NCBI GenBank assembly: GCA_964016885.1
Contig: OZ024741.1
Location: forward strand, 325,562,001-325,626,000
Length of the DNA stretch: 64,000 bases
Origin: Eledone cirrhosa
Taxonomy: Eukaryota
Direction: 5' to 3'
The notes below the pieces were generated by a model. The model had not been told where the DNA came from. It did not search any database and was given only the letters and a program-made list of their open reading frames with translations. Position 1 is the stretch's first letter. Each line of letters opens with the position of its first letter. The translations under genes and the position numbers were made by a program. This document shows positions 13,251 through 26,900 of the stretch, in pieces.

Positions 13251-13633
13251 ACACACAAGCATATATGTATTGTCACAGGCGCACGTCAATAAAGCTAAGT
13301 GATATTTGTCTAGAAGGAACAGCATAAAATTTACGACTCATTCTTACATGGAACATACTTATAGTTTTTAGATTGGAATAAATATTGCCATAAAATTTCT
13401 CCACCAGAACGTAGAGGTCATTCTCTACGACCAGTTCTTGATAAACTATCGTTTAAGGCTATATAGTCCGTTCGAAGCCAATTAAATCTTTGTTTACTAA
13501 CATTACTGAACGGCAAGGTATCAGTTGGTCAATAAAGAGAGACTCAGAAGAGAGATAGAGGAAAAGAGTGAGGGAGAGAGAGGGAGTGACGGAGTGATTG
13601 TGAATGACAGAACGAGAGAAACAGGGAATGTGA

Positions 13634-13780
<147 letters not shown>

Positions 13781-13935
13781 AATATATAATATATATATAT
13801 ATATAATTATATAGATTGTATAATGTTTCTATATATATTCATATATATATATTTATATATATATATATTTCGTTTCTGAATTTGGCAACATGACCCTCCC
13901 AAAGTATAACAATATATATATATATATATATATAT

Positions 13936-15460
13936 GTAAAAGAAATCAAAGAACGTCTACATACTTATATTTTTATATGCTGACAGTGTTTCATCCATAC
14001 CATGGGGCAGGAATCATCAGAGCTTTATAAACAAAAATATAGTGCTGAGTATAAGCTCTACCAAGCTTAGTCACACGAACATTAGATATACAGTACAGGA
14101 TAATAATGGCGAGGTCGGAAATCGAAAGGATGGAGAGAATGCGTAATGGGGTTGTTATTCAACATTACAGCTACATATGAGGATATAGGCAGAATTTCTC
14201 ACAAGAGGCGGAGGCACATGAGGGCACACAGAAACAAATAGAGCATTTAACGATAGTTATAAAATATAATAATAATAATAAAGTAAAATTAAAATAAAAA
14301 TAAAAATAAAAATACAAAAATAATTATAAAAATAATTAAAAATATTTAAAGCACGCAAAGCCAGAGGAAGTTATCCATTGGTCACTATATAGAGCAGGTG
14401 ATTTAGTTTCCGATAACTTAGAGTTATAGAAATACTAAGAGACCCCTAAGGTACCTTCAGAAAATCCAAAGGGGATTTTATTCCTCCCCATAGTATACAT
14501 AATCAGGGTATACTAGTAGGTTACGGAATTACGTGGACCAGGTGTGCTAAACCTGAACATATACAGGCACCACATCAATACAAGCTAAACATAGACAATG
14601 CGGGGTTAATGCATGGTCAAGCTGAAGCAAATAATACACAACAAATATGGTTTAGTCCCTGTATAAGGCACATCTGGCGAGGAGTCACGACATATGTATT
14701 TCCACCGTAGAAGTTAATCCAATCGGTTTCATATGCCCCGATTGGCGAGGAGTTATAATATAAGTAGATCGTCCATAGATAGTAATCCAGTCTAGAATTT
14801 ACAACATATGTAGATCGTCCGTAAAATGTAATCCAGTCGCATTCATATGCTCATCAAAACATATCAGCACATATGGTAACATATGTTACAGGCTGATGTT
14901 ACACATAAAAAATCCTCCCATGTTTAAAATTCCAGACCGCGATGTGTTGTATGTCCAAGTTGCAGCTCCAAATTCCGTATAACCATATTCGTCACACCCA
15001 ACCCAGCAGCGACTGCGTCCAAATAATACCAGGTTAAATGCAGCAGCAATTCCCCTTTGACCAATCGCGCGGACGTGGATTAACAATCAATACAAAACAG
15101 AAAATAACACAAAGTGCTCAAATCTGTAAATCCACCAGGCAACACAGTATGTCCATAAGGTGAGGTCATACCCATATAGGCATACAATAATTATATAAGA
15201 CAACTCTCATACCGCGCAACACTTCCCCATTATAGAATTAGTAAAGTTACCTTGGGCTTATGGACATATCCTACGTTAACCGCGATTTAATAGTCTATGG
15301 TATGACCCATCTGACAATTCTGGAGGTCCAATTATAATAATATAGTTTCATTTGTACGAATCTTATTGATTCAGTGTGATAACTCTGTTGGTGACTGAAT
15401 TGTTATGGCAGTTCGAATTAAATAGTCTCATAGACGACATGATAGAGTAGTTCCCCCTTT
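13936..15460 (-). mobile_element. HHR-bearing PLE pseudo-LTR-like repeat, uninterrupted minus-strand copy (inner boundary uncertain)
   Basis: 13936-15219 is the reverse complement of 15785-16700 joined to 33875-34212; contains an HHR; ends in (TA)n. Confidence 0.75.
13979..14023 (-). ncRNA. Minimal hammerhead ribozyme
   Basis: Minus strand GCT-CTGATGA-TTCC...GGAT-GAAAC-ACT-GTC-AGC. Confidence 0.75.
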
Positions 15461-15497
15461 CTCTGCTATTGAAACGTCATTATTTGGTGACTGAAAA

Positions 15498-15680
15498 ATG
15501 TGGATTGGCAGTATCGGTAGAGGGTCGGACGCCATGCTTTGACGCATAGAGTTACAGCCCTTGCCATTCTGAGTTCAAAGCCACGGAGGTTAACTTTGCC
15601 TTTCATCTTTACGGGGTCGATAAAATAAAGTACCAGTAATGCACTGGTTAATTGCTGGCCTTGTGCCAAAAGCAGAATCA
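15498..15680 (+). mobile_element. tRNA-derived SINE with 19-bp target-site duplication
   Basis: A box TGGCAGTATCGG, B box GAGTTCAAAGCC; TSD ATTATTTGGTGACTGAAAA at 15479-15497 and 15681-15699. Confidence 0.9.
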
Positions 15681-15784
15681 ATTATTTGGTGACTGAAAAG
15701 AGTATGTGCCTTCTACGTCATGGATTGGTGTGTATATACCTATCGCAGTGTGTTTATTTTTTTCAGAGCAGAGTTCCTGGATTA

Positions 15785-16700
15785 TTGCGCGGTATGAGAG
15801 CTGTCTTATATAATTATTGTATGCCTATATGGGTATGACCTCACCTTATGGACATACTGTGGTGCCTGGTGGATTTACTGATTTGAGCACTTTGTGTTAT
15901 TTTCTGTTTTGTATTGATTGTTAATCCACGTCCGCGCGATTGGTCAAAGGGGAATTGCTGCTGCATTTAACCAGGTATTGTTTGGACGCGGTCGCGGCTG
16001 GATTGGACGAATATGGTTATATGGAATTTGAAGCTGCAACTTGGACATATAGCACATCGCGGTCTGGAATTTTAAACATGGGAGGATTTTTTATGTGTAA
16101 CATCAGCCTGTGCATGTTACTATATGTGCTGATATGTTTTGATGAGCATATGAATGCGACTGGATTACATTTTACGGACGATCTACATATGTTGTAAATT
16201 CTAGACTGGATTACTATCGGACGATCTACTTATATTATAACTCCTCGCCAATCGGGGCATATGAAACCGATTGGATTAACTTCTACGGTGGAAATACATA
16301 TGTCGTGACTCCTCGCCAGATGTGCCTTATACAGGGACTAAACCATATTTATTGTGTATTATTTGCTTCAGCTTGACCATGTATTAACCCCGCTTTGTCT
16401 GTGTTTGGCTTGTATTGATGTGGTGCCTGTATATGTGTAGGTTTAGCACACATGGTCCACGTAATTCCGTAACCTACTAGTATACCCTGATTATGTATAC
16501 TATGGAGAGGAATAAAATCCCCGTTGGACTTTCTGAAGGTACCTTAGAGGTCTCTTAGTATTTCTATAACTCTAAGTTATGGGAAACTAAATCACCTGCT
16601 CTATATAGTGACCAATAGATAACTTCCTCTGGCTTTGCGTGCTTTACATTTTTTTAATTATTTTTATAATTATTATTGTATTTTAATTTTAATTTTACTT
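15785..16700 (+). mobile_element. 5' part of the plus-strand copy of the HHR-bearing repeat; continues at 33875 after the retrotransposon array
   Basis: Reverse complement of ~14280-15219. Confidence 0.85.
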
Positions 16701-19700
16701 TATTATTATTATTATTATTGTTATTGTTATTCCTTGAATCTCAGTCATTGATGTTGGTTAACTGGAAAGTCCGTTGGATTGAATATCAAGCAACTACCTG
16801 CAGCCTCAGATATTCAGGACGTATCGGAGGGTTCTTGCTGTTCCAAGCAAGCATGCCTTTTGAAGCGTTCCAAAAATCGTGAAGGGGCCGATTTTCTTTA
16901 ACCATCCCTGGAAACTTTTGGAGATAGTCCCCAGTGCGCCTATGACAATCGGGATCACTTTGACTTCATGGCAGTTCCAAATCCTTTTCACCTCCCACTT
17001 TAGGTCCTGGTATCGGTTAATTTTCTCCCTCTCCTTCTCTTGCACTCTCGTGTCGAACGGGCAGGCCACATCCACAATCAGGCACGATCTTTTTTCTTTG
17101 TCCACAACCACCAGGTCAGGTCTATTGTGTTCCAGTTTTTTGTCCGTCTGTATCCTAAAATCCCACAGCACCTTCACCTGATTGTTCTCCATCACCGCCT
17201 CTGGCCTATGCTCATACCATTTCTCAGAATGTGGTAGATTGTTTACTTTGCACAGGTGCCAGTGGATCACCCTGCCCATCACATCGTGTCTCCAGCCCTT
17301 ATAGTGGGTCTGGGCTAGGTGTTTACACTCGGACACAATGTGAGCCACAGTCTCCTCTCTCTCTCCACAGATCCTGCACAGTGGGCTAGCCTCCTCCTTG
17401 TAGATATGGTGCTTCAACCACTTCGTTTTGAGGGCCTGCTCCTGCGCAGCCATTAGCATTCCTTCTGTAGCCTTTTTGAGGTCTCCTCTTCTCAACCAGT
17501 TCCATGTCTGTGGATCTCTAAATTCAGTTTTCTCAAAGAAGGTACTATGAAGGGATTTTCCCTTAAGGCTGCTCTTCCTCCTTGATGTTATTTCCTCCTT
17601 GGACATCCCCTGGCCTACTGTCCCCTCCTTCAGTACAGTTCTGAGCATTGGCTCCTTACTATAGGTCACGTATTTGTATAGGTTGTTTTTCTCCATCTGA
17701 ACACAGTCCTCTATGCTGATAAGACCTCTTCCACCCTCAGATCTCCTTAGGTAGAGTCTATCGACATCACTCCTCTTGTGGAACATGTTGTAGATAGTCA
17801 ATAGTTTCCTAGTCTTCCTATCCATTTCTTTTTGTTCAGCAACATTCTATCTCAGAATTCCCGCACTGTACCTAATAATAGACACAGCTCGGGAATTTAC
17901 TGCGCTTATGGCATTTCTGCTGTTCAGATGTGTCTTCAATACGCTCCTTACTCTCCGAATGTATTCAGTTCTTAACAATTCCTTCATTTTTTTGTTCTTT
18001 ATGCCATCAGCCTCCAGAACGCCCAAATACTTGTATCCTTCCTCAGAGTCAATTTCCTTTATCATCTCACCTGTTGGTATCTGGATCCCGTTACTTCTGC
18101 TCAACCTACCCCTCTTCATCACAATGACTCCACATTTACCAACACCAAACTGCATACATATATCACTGCTGAAAATACGGACAGTGTCAACAAGCACATC
18201 CAACTCCTTCTCACTTTTCCCGATGAGCTTGAGATCGTCCATGAAGAGGAGGTGATTGATGGTAAGCTCTCCCCTTCCCAACTTGTATCCTGCTCTCACT
18301 TTTCGCAGCATAATGGTCAAGGGCATCAGGGCAAGGACAAACAACAGAGGGCACAGGCTATCTCCCTGGAAGATACCTCTCTTGATCTTCACGCTTCCCA
18401 AGGATACTCCAGTTGATGTCAACTCTGTCTCCCAGGACCCCATACTCCTGCCTAGCAACTGTCTGATGTTATCTGCCACCCTGAAGATCTCCAGGCTTTT
18501 GGTGATCCAGGAATGAGGCACCATGTCAAATGCCTTTCTGTAGTCTATCCATCCCATGGCAAGATCAGTGTGTCTCCTCCTGCAATTCCCCATTACCATC
18601 TTATCAATAAGCAACTGGTCCTTTGTACCACGTGACTTCTTTCGGCATCCTTTCTGTTCGTCCGGTAACAAGTTGTTTGTGTGGAGGTGATGGTAGATTT
18701 CCTCAGCCACAATGCTCGTCAACAGTTTCCACATTACGGGCAGACATGTAATAGGTCTATAGTTGGTAACATCATTACCCTTGATTCGGTCTTTCATTAT
18801 CAGAACTGTGGTACCTTTTGTCAACCACTCTGGCACCTCACCCGACACCAAGCAGTCATTGAACATGGCCGTCAGCTTCGGGTGGAAGGATGTTAAATGT
18901 TTAATCCAATACCCCTGCACACCATCTGGGCCTGGTGATTTCCAGTTGGTTAGTTTTTTGGCTTGCCCCTTAAGAGTTTCAACTGTGATACTCAAATCAG
19001 TCTGTTGCTGTGCCTGCTCACCGATCTCCCTCTGTACTGTCTCAATCCACCCTGCCTGGGCATTGTGTCTAACATCCTGCTCCCATATTCCTCTCCAGAA
19101 TGTTTTAGTATATTCCGCCCCAGGGATCAAGTCGTTGCCTCTTTCTTTCCCCTCAAGCTGTCCAAACAGCATCTTCTGGTTGTTGTCGAACACGCGGTTC
19201 TGTTTATACTGACTGACTCTGTTCTCGTATCGCCTGATTTTTGCACTCTTTGCTACAATGCGTTGCTTCAATTCCTCTATGATAATATTTAGCTTTTTAC
19301 TCCTAGTTTTGTATTTTATTTCCAGTCTATTTTTAGTGCCTATGTTTTTTAGTGTCCCATTCAGTAGTGACTCAAGCTTTCCTATGTCATTTCTCATTTC
19401 CCCGATTTGCCCACTCAGTCGCTTCTTCCACCACGGCTCTGCTCTTTCTTGTCTGTTGTTTCCTCTCGCTTTTATACCAAGTAGTTTCCTCACCGTATGT
19501 GCTGTTGCTTTGAGGATATTGTTGCACTGGTGAAGGCTCCTCGCCTCAAGGTATGGGATGACTTTGTTTACCTTAGCTGTTGTTTCTTTTAACTTTTTCC
19601 TGTGTACAAATCTTAGGTTCATAGGTCTCCCACTATCATTGTTCAATTCATCTACCACTAAATTTAGGATGTCAACCGAATCTTGTCCTAGCCCGTCAGC

Positions 19701-21280
19701 ATTCATCTCCTCAGTGGCCGTATCTCTCTTCCAGGTATTATTTATCTCAGTATTCAGATCATTGTCTGCTTCGGGTGGTTCCTCCGTTCTCAGGACCTCC
19801 TCACCTTCATTTCCCACCGGCTCGCTTGTCTGGCATACTACACCCGCCATCTCCAAGCCATTCTCTCTGCTCAGTTCCTCCAGTTCCAGCTCGCTTATCC
19901 ACCCATTAGTTCTTATTACCCGAGCCTGCCCGGCCAACTTTTGTTCATCTAATTTAAATAAACCAATCTCGTTCCAGATGTTATGCATCCGTCTCCTGTA
20001 GCCCCTCTCCTTGGGGTTACTTTTCAGGTAGCATTGCATAACAGTTCTATTCAATTCTTTCGTCCAGTTGGTTCTGGCCCCTTTCCTTCTTCTTCTTCCT
20101 CCAACATCAGCAGTATTTGGTTGACAGTCAGGTTCCTGCTGCTGAGCCAGGGGGCACCTGTTGGGTGAGAGTCTGTCACATGACGTTCTAGTCTCCATTT
20201 CACCGTTATTCGAACTGTTTATGTTCGATATTTAAACACTCTTATCGAGGATTGGCGAATGTATAGTTACATAGCCATCTGTGGGTCCGCCATCCCACTT
20301 GGCCCTTGTGTGGCATTATCGCCACGCTGTATACGAACACACATAAACAAACAAACACACAGGCAGAAAGGGCCCCAAAAATGAATAAGCATAAGTTTCA
20401 TTGTAATGTAGTGTTCGAATGTCTGACTTAGTTTTTGTTTTTTAAGTTTTAGTTTCTCCCCCCTCTTCTCTGTCCGTCCGCCTGCTTCTCTCTTCATTCT
20501 TATTTTCTTTACGTTTTTGGGGTTTCTTTTTTTGTTTTTGTTTTTCTCTGTTTGTTTTTCTCGTTTTTGCTGTTGTTGCTGTGCTGCTTTGGTTTTGTTG
20601 TTTGTTTTTTCTTTTTTCTTTTGAGTCTATCTATATATTTTGATGCCTTCCTCTTATTAGTAGTAGGAATTCTATAATGTGGAAGTAGCAGCCAGCAGGG
20701 AGAAGTGGGAGACTGGCGGCGGTAGCGATACTGAGACAGTGGTGGTGGTGATGTCGATACCGAGGCAGTGGTGGCGGTGATGTGACCGTATTACTGTAGT
20801 GATGGTGCTGTAGCGGTGGCAGTAGTGAAGGAGTCAAGGGGTGGTGGCGGCGGTGATGGGATAGTGGTGGTAATGATGGCCGTAGTGAGCGGTGGCGGTG
20901 AAGGTGAAAATGTCGTTATCTGGCTGTTGTGTTTAGTGTACACAGATGATGGGGTGGGTGGTGTATCTAGTTTCTGGTGTTGGTGAGTTTAGCTGTCCTA
21001 TATAGTGTAGCCAGAGGAGAGGAGGGGGGGGGGTTCTTCTTCTTCCATTTATAGCCATTTTCTTTTTTGGATATACAGTGTACAATACAAAGTTGAATAT
21101 TTGAATATTTGAGCCTTATAACAATATATTTTGGGTCCGAATTTTTTGGGGCTCAAGCCGGGTGCTTTACGTAGCATTTGTACTAAGAGTTGTTATTTCA
21201 CAAATGATTTAAATATGTTAAAAATTCAAAACTTACGGGAGCGATTTCATGACCTCCGTCACCTCGTGCGTCTTCTTCCC
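16700..21280 (-). mobile_element. R4/Dong-type non-LTR retrotransposon, copy A (full length, ~4.6 kb, ~1.08-kb 5' UTR, (AAT)n tail)
   Basis: RT plus CCHC plus restriction-like endonuclease (RLE); both ends abut (TTA)n. Confidence 0.9.
16806..20198 (-). pseudogene. Copy A RT-RLE ORF broken by one nonsense change (TGG>TAG at 17847-17849)
   Basis: The 783-aa and 339-aa ORFs are in the same frame and collinear with the 1130-aa ORF of copies D and F. Confidence 0.92.
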
Positions 21281-21297
21281 TTATTATTATTATTATT

Positions 21298-21476
21298 TGG
21301 ATTGGCAGTATCGGTAGAGGGTCGGACGCCATGCTTTCCAGCATAGTTACGTCCCTTTACGATCTGAGTTCAAATCCCGCCGAGGTTGACTTTGCCTTTC
21401 ATCCTTACGGGGTCGATAAAATAAAGTACCAGTAATGCACTGGGTGATTGCTGGCCTTGTGCCTAAAGTAGAAACA

Positions 21477-21478
<2 letters not shown>
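21298..21478 (+). mobile_element. tRNA-derived SINE flanked by (TTA)n inside the array
   Basis: A and B boxes, family core, (ATT)n tail. Confidence 0.9.
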
Positions 21479-21515
<37 letters not shown>

Positions 21516-22684
21516 GTTATTGTTATTCCTTGAATCTCAGTTATTGATGTTGGTTAACTGGAAAGTCCGTTGGATTGAATATCAAGCCACTACCTGCAGC
21601 CTCAGATATTCAGGACGTATCGGAGGGTTCTTGCTGTTCCAAGCAAGCATGCCTTTTGAAGCGTTCCAAAAAGCGTGAAGGGGCCGATTTTCTTTAACCA
21701 TCCCTGGAAACCTTTGGAGATAGTCCCCAGTGCGCCTATGACAATCGGGATCACTTTGACTTCATGGCAGTTCCAAATCCTTTTCACCTCCCACTTTAGG
21801 TCCTGGTATCGGTTAATTTTCTCCCTCTCCTTCTCTTGCACTCTCGTGTCGAACGGGCAGGCCACATCCACAATCAGGCACGATCTTTTTTCTTTGTCCA
21901 CAACCACCAGGTCAGGTCTATTGTGTTCCAGTTTTTTGTCCGTCTGTATCCTAAAATCCCACAGCACCTTCACCTGATTGTTCTCCATCACCGCCTCTGG
22001 CCTATGCTCATACCATTTCTCAGAATGTGGTAGATTGTTTACTTTGCACAGGTGCCAGTGGATCACCCTGCCCATCACATCGTGTCTCCAGCCCTTATAG
22101 TGGGTCTGGGCTAGGTGTTTACACTCGGACACAATGTGAGCCACAGTCTCCTCTCTCTCTCCACAGATCCTGCACAGTGGGCTAGCCTCCTCCTTGTAGA
22201 TATGGTGCTTCAACCACTTCGTTTTGAGGGCCTGCTCCTGCGCAGCCATTAGCATTCCTTCTGTAGCCTTTTTGAGGTCTCCTCTTCTCAACCAGTTCCA
22301 TGTCTGTGGATCTCTAAATTCAGTTTTCTCAAAGAAGGTACTATGAAGGGATTTTCCCTTAAGGCTGCTCTTCCTCCTTGATGTTATTTCCTCCTTGGAC
22401 ATCCCCTGGCCTACTGTCCCCTCCTTCAGTACAGTTCTGAGCATTGGCTCCTTACTATAGGTCACGTATTTGTATAGGTTGTTTTTCTCCATCTGAACAC
22501 AGTCCTCTATGCTGATAAGACCTCTTCCACCCTCAGATCTCCTTAGGTAGAGTCTATCGACATCACTCCTCTTGTGGAACATGTTGTAGATAGTCAATAG
22601 CTTCCTAGTCTTCCTATCCATTTCTTTTTGTTCAGCAACATTCCATCTCAGAATTCCCGCACTGTACCTAATAATAGACACAGC

Positions 22685-22685
<1 letters not shown>
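21479..22685 (-). mobile_element. R4/Dong copy B, 5'-truncated (~1.2 kb)
   Basis: Matches the C-terminal third of the ORF; truncation junction GACACAGCT|ATTATT. Confidence 0.93.
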
Positions 22686-22727
<42 letters not shown>

Positions 22728-23896
22728 GTTATTGTTATTCCTTGAATCTCAGTCATTGATGTTGGTTAACTGGAAAGTCCGTTGGATTGAATATCAAGCC
22801 ACTACCTGCAGCCTCAGATATTCAGGACGTATCGGAGGGTTCTTGCCGTTCCAAGCAAGCATGCCTTTTGAAGCGTTCCAAAAAGCGTGAAGGGGCCGAT
22901 TTTCTTTAACCATCCCTGAAAACCTTTGGAGATAGTCCCCAGTGCGCCTATGACAATCGGGATCACTTTGACTTCATGGCAGTTCCAAATCCTTTTCACC
23001 TCCCACTTTAGGTCCTGGTATCGGTTAATTTTCTCCCTCTCCTTCTCTTGCACTCTCGTGTCGAACGGGCAGGCCACATCCACAATCAGGCACGATCTTT
23101 TTTCTTTGTCCACAACCACCAGGTCAGGTCTATTGTGTTCCAGTTTTTTGTCCGTCTGTATCCTAAAATCCCACAGCACCTTCACCTGACTGTTCTCCAT
23201 CACCGCCTCTGGCCTATGCTCATACCATTTCTCAGAATGTGGTAGATTGTTTACTTTGCACAGGTGCCAGTGGATCACCCTGCCCATCACATCGTGTCTC
23301 CAGCCCTTATAGTGGGTCTGGGCTAGGTGTTTACACTCGGACACAATGTGAGCCACAGTCTCCTCTCTCTCTCCACAGATCCTGCACAGTGGGCTAGCCT
23401 CCTCCTTGTAGATATGGTGCTTCAACCACTTCGTTTTGAGGGCCTGCTCCTGCGCAGCCATTAGCATTCCTTCTGTAGCCTTTTTGAGGTCTCCTCTTCT
23501 CAACCAGTTCCATGTCTGTGGATCTCTAAATTCAGTTTTCTCAAAGAAGGTACTATGAAGGGATTTTCCCTTAAGGCTGCTCTTCCTCCTTGATGTTATT
23601 TCCTCCTTGGACATCCCCTGGCCTACTGTCCCCTCCTTCAGTACAGTTCTGAGCATTGGCTCCTTACTATAGGTCACGTATTTGTATAGGTTGTTTTTCT
23701 CCATCTGAACACAGTCCTCTATGCTGATAAGACCTCTTCCACCCTCAGATCTCCTTAGGTAGAGTCTATCGACATCACTCCTCTTGTGGAACATGTTGTA
23801 GATAGTCAATAGCTTCCTAGTCTTCCTATCCATTTCTTTTTGTTCAGCAACATTCCATCTCAGAATTCCCGCACTGTACCTAATAATAGACACAGC

Positions 23897-23897
<1 letters not shown>
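22686..23897 (-). mobile_element. R4/Dong copy C, 5'-truncated (1212 bp), mosaic of copies D and B
   Basis: Same breakpoint as B; SNP pattern switches from D-type to B-type. Confidence 0.92.
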
Positions 23898-23939
<42 letters not shown>

Positions 23940-26900
23940 GTTATTGTTATTCCTTGAATCTCAGTCATTGATGTTGGTTAACTGGAAAGTCCGTTGGATT
24001 GAATATCAAGCCACTACCTGCAGCCTCAGATATTCAGGACGTATCGGAGGGTTCTTGCCGTTCCAAGCAAGCATGCCTTTTGAAGCGTTCCAAAAAGCGT
24101 GAAGGGGCCGATTTTCTTTAACCATCCCTGAAAACCTTTGGAGATAGTCCCCAGTGCGCCTATGACAATCGGGATCACTTTGACTTCATGGCAGTTCCAA
24201 ATCCTTTTCACCTCCCACTTTAGGTCCTGGTATCGGTTAATTTTCTCCCTCTCCTTCTCTTGCACTCTCGTGTCGAACGGGCAGGCCACATCCACAATCA
24301 GGCACGATCTTTTTTCTTTGTCCACAACCACCAGGTCAGGTCTATTGTGTTCCAGTTTTTTGTCCGTCTGTATCCTAAAATCCCACAGCACCTTCACCTG
24401 ACTGTTCTCCATCACCGCCTCTGGCCTATGCTCATACCATTTCTCAGAATGTGGTAGATTGTTTACTTTGCACAGGTGCCAGTGGATCACCCTGCCCATC
24501 ACATCGTGTCTCCAGCCCTTATAGTGGGTCTGGGCTAGGTGTTTACACTCGGACACAATGTGAGCCACAGTCTCCTCTCTCTCTCCACAGATCCTGCACA
24601 GTGGGCTAGCCTCCTCCTTGTAGATATGGTGCTTCAACCACTTCGTTTTGAGGGCCTGCTCCTGCGCAGCCATTAGCATTCCTTCTGTAGCCTTTTTGAG
24701 GTCTCCTCTTCTCAACCAGTTCCATGTCTGTGGATCTCTAAATTCAGTTTTCTCAAAGAAGGTACTATGAAGGGATTTTCCCTTAAGGCTGCTCTTCCTC
24801 CTTGATGTTATTTCCTCCTTGGGTATCCCCTGGCCTACTGTCCCCTCCTTCAGTACAGCTCTGAGCATTGGCTCCTTACTATAGGTCACGTATTTGTATA
24901 GGTTGTTTTTCTCCATCTGAACACAGTCCTCTATGCTGATAAGACCTCTTCCACCCTCAGATCTCCTTAGGTAGAGTCTATCGACATCACTCCTCTTGTG
25001 GAACATGTTGTAGATAGTCAATAGCTTCCTAGTCTTCCTATCCATTTCTTTTTGTTCAGCAACATTCCATCTCAGAATTCCCGCACTGTACCTAATAATA
25101 GACACAGCTCGGGAATTTACTGCGCTTATGGCATTTCTGCTGTTCAGATGTGACTTCAATACGCTCCTTACTCTCCGAATGTATTCAGTTCTTAACAATT
25201 CCTTCATTTTTTTGTTCTTTATGCCATCAGCCTCCAGAACGCCCAAATACTTGTATCCTTCCTCAGAGTCAATTTCCTTTATCATCTCACCTGTTGGTAT
25301 CTGGATCCCGTTACTTCTGCTCAACCTACCCCTCCTCATCACAATGACTCCACATTTACCAATACCAAACTGCATACATATATCACTGCTGAAAATACGG
25401 ACAGTGTCAACAAGCACATCCAACTCCTTCTCACTTTTCCCGAAGAGCTTAAGATCGTCCATGAAGAGGAGGTGATTGATGGTAAGCTCTCCCCTTCCCA
25501 ACTTGTATCCTGCTCTCACTTTTCGCAGCATAATGGTCAAGGGCATCAGGGCAAGGACAAACAACAGAGGGGACAGGCTATCTCCCTGGAAGATACCTCT
25601 CTTGATCTTCACGCTTCCCAAGGATACTCCAGTTGATGTCAACTCTGTCTCCCAGGACCCCATACTCCTGCCCAGCAACTGTCTGATGTTATCTGCCACC
25701 CCGAAGATCTCCAGGCTTTTGGTGATCCAGGAATGAGGCACCATGTCAAATGCCTTTCTGTAGTCTATCCATCCCATGGCAAGATCAGTGTGTCTCCTCC
25801 TGCAATTCCCCATTACCATCTTATCAATAAGCAACTGGTCCTTTGTACCACGTGACTTCTTTCGGCATCCTTTCTGTTCGTCCGGCAACAAGTTGTTTGT
25901 GTGGAGGTGATGGTAGATTTCCTCAGACACAATGCTCGTCAACAGTTTCCACATTACGGGCAGACATGTGATAGGTCTATAGTTGGTAACATCATTACCC
26001 TTGATTCGGTCTTTCATTATCAGAACTGTGGTACCTTTTGTCAACCACTCTGGCACCTCACCCGACACCAAGCAGTCATTGAACATGGCCGTCAGCTTCG
26101 GGTGGAGGGATGTTAAATGTTTAATCCAATACCCCTGCACACCATCTGGGCCTGGTGATTTCCAGTTGGTTAGTTTTTTGGCTTGCCCCTTAAGAGTTTC
26201 AACTGTGATACTCAAATCAGTCTGTTGCTGTGCCTGCTCACCGATCTCCCTCTGTACTGTCTCAATCCACCCTGCCTGGGCATTGTGTCTAACATCCTGC
26301 TCCCATATTCCTCTCCAGAATGTTTTAGCTTGTTCCGCCCCAGGGATCAAGTCGTTGCCTCTTTCTTTCCCCTCAAGCTGTCCAAACAGCATCTTCTGGT
26401 TGTTGTCGAACATGCGGTTCTGTTTATACTGACTGACTCTGTTCTCGTATCGCCTAATTTTGGCACTCCTTGCTACAATGCGTTGCTTCAATTCCTCTAT
26501 GATAATATTTAGCTTTTTACTCCTAGTTTTGTATTTTATTTCCAGTCTATTTTTAGTGCCTATGTTTTTTAGTGTCCCATTCAGTAGTGACTCAAGCTTT
26601 CCTATGTCATTTCTCATTTCCCCGATTTGCCCACTCAGTCGCTTCTTCCACCACGGCTCTGCTCTTTCTTGTCTGTTGTTTCCTCTCGCTTTTATACCAA
26701 GTAGTTTCCTCACCGTATTTGCTGTTGCTTTGAGGATATTGTTGCACTGGTGAAGTCTCCTCGCCTCAAGGTATGGGATGACTTTGTTTACCTTAGCTGT
26801 TGTTTCTTTTAACTTTTTCCTGTCTACAAATCTTAGGTTCATAGGTCTCCCACTATCATTGTTCAACTCATCTACCACTAAATTTAGGATGTCAACCGAA

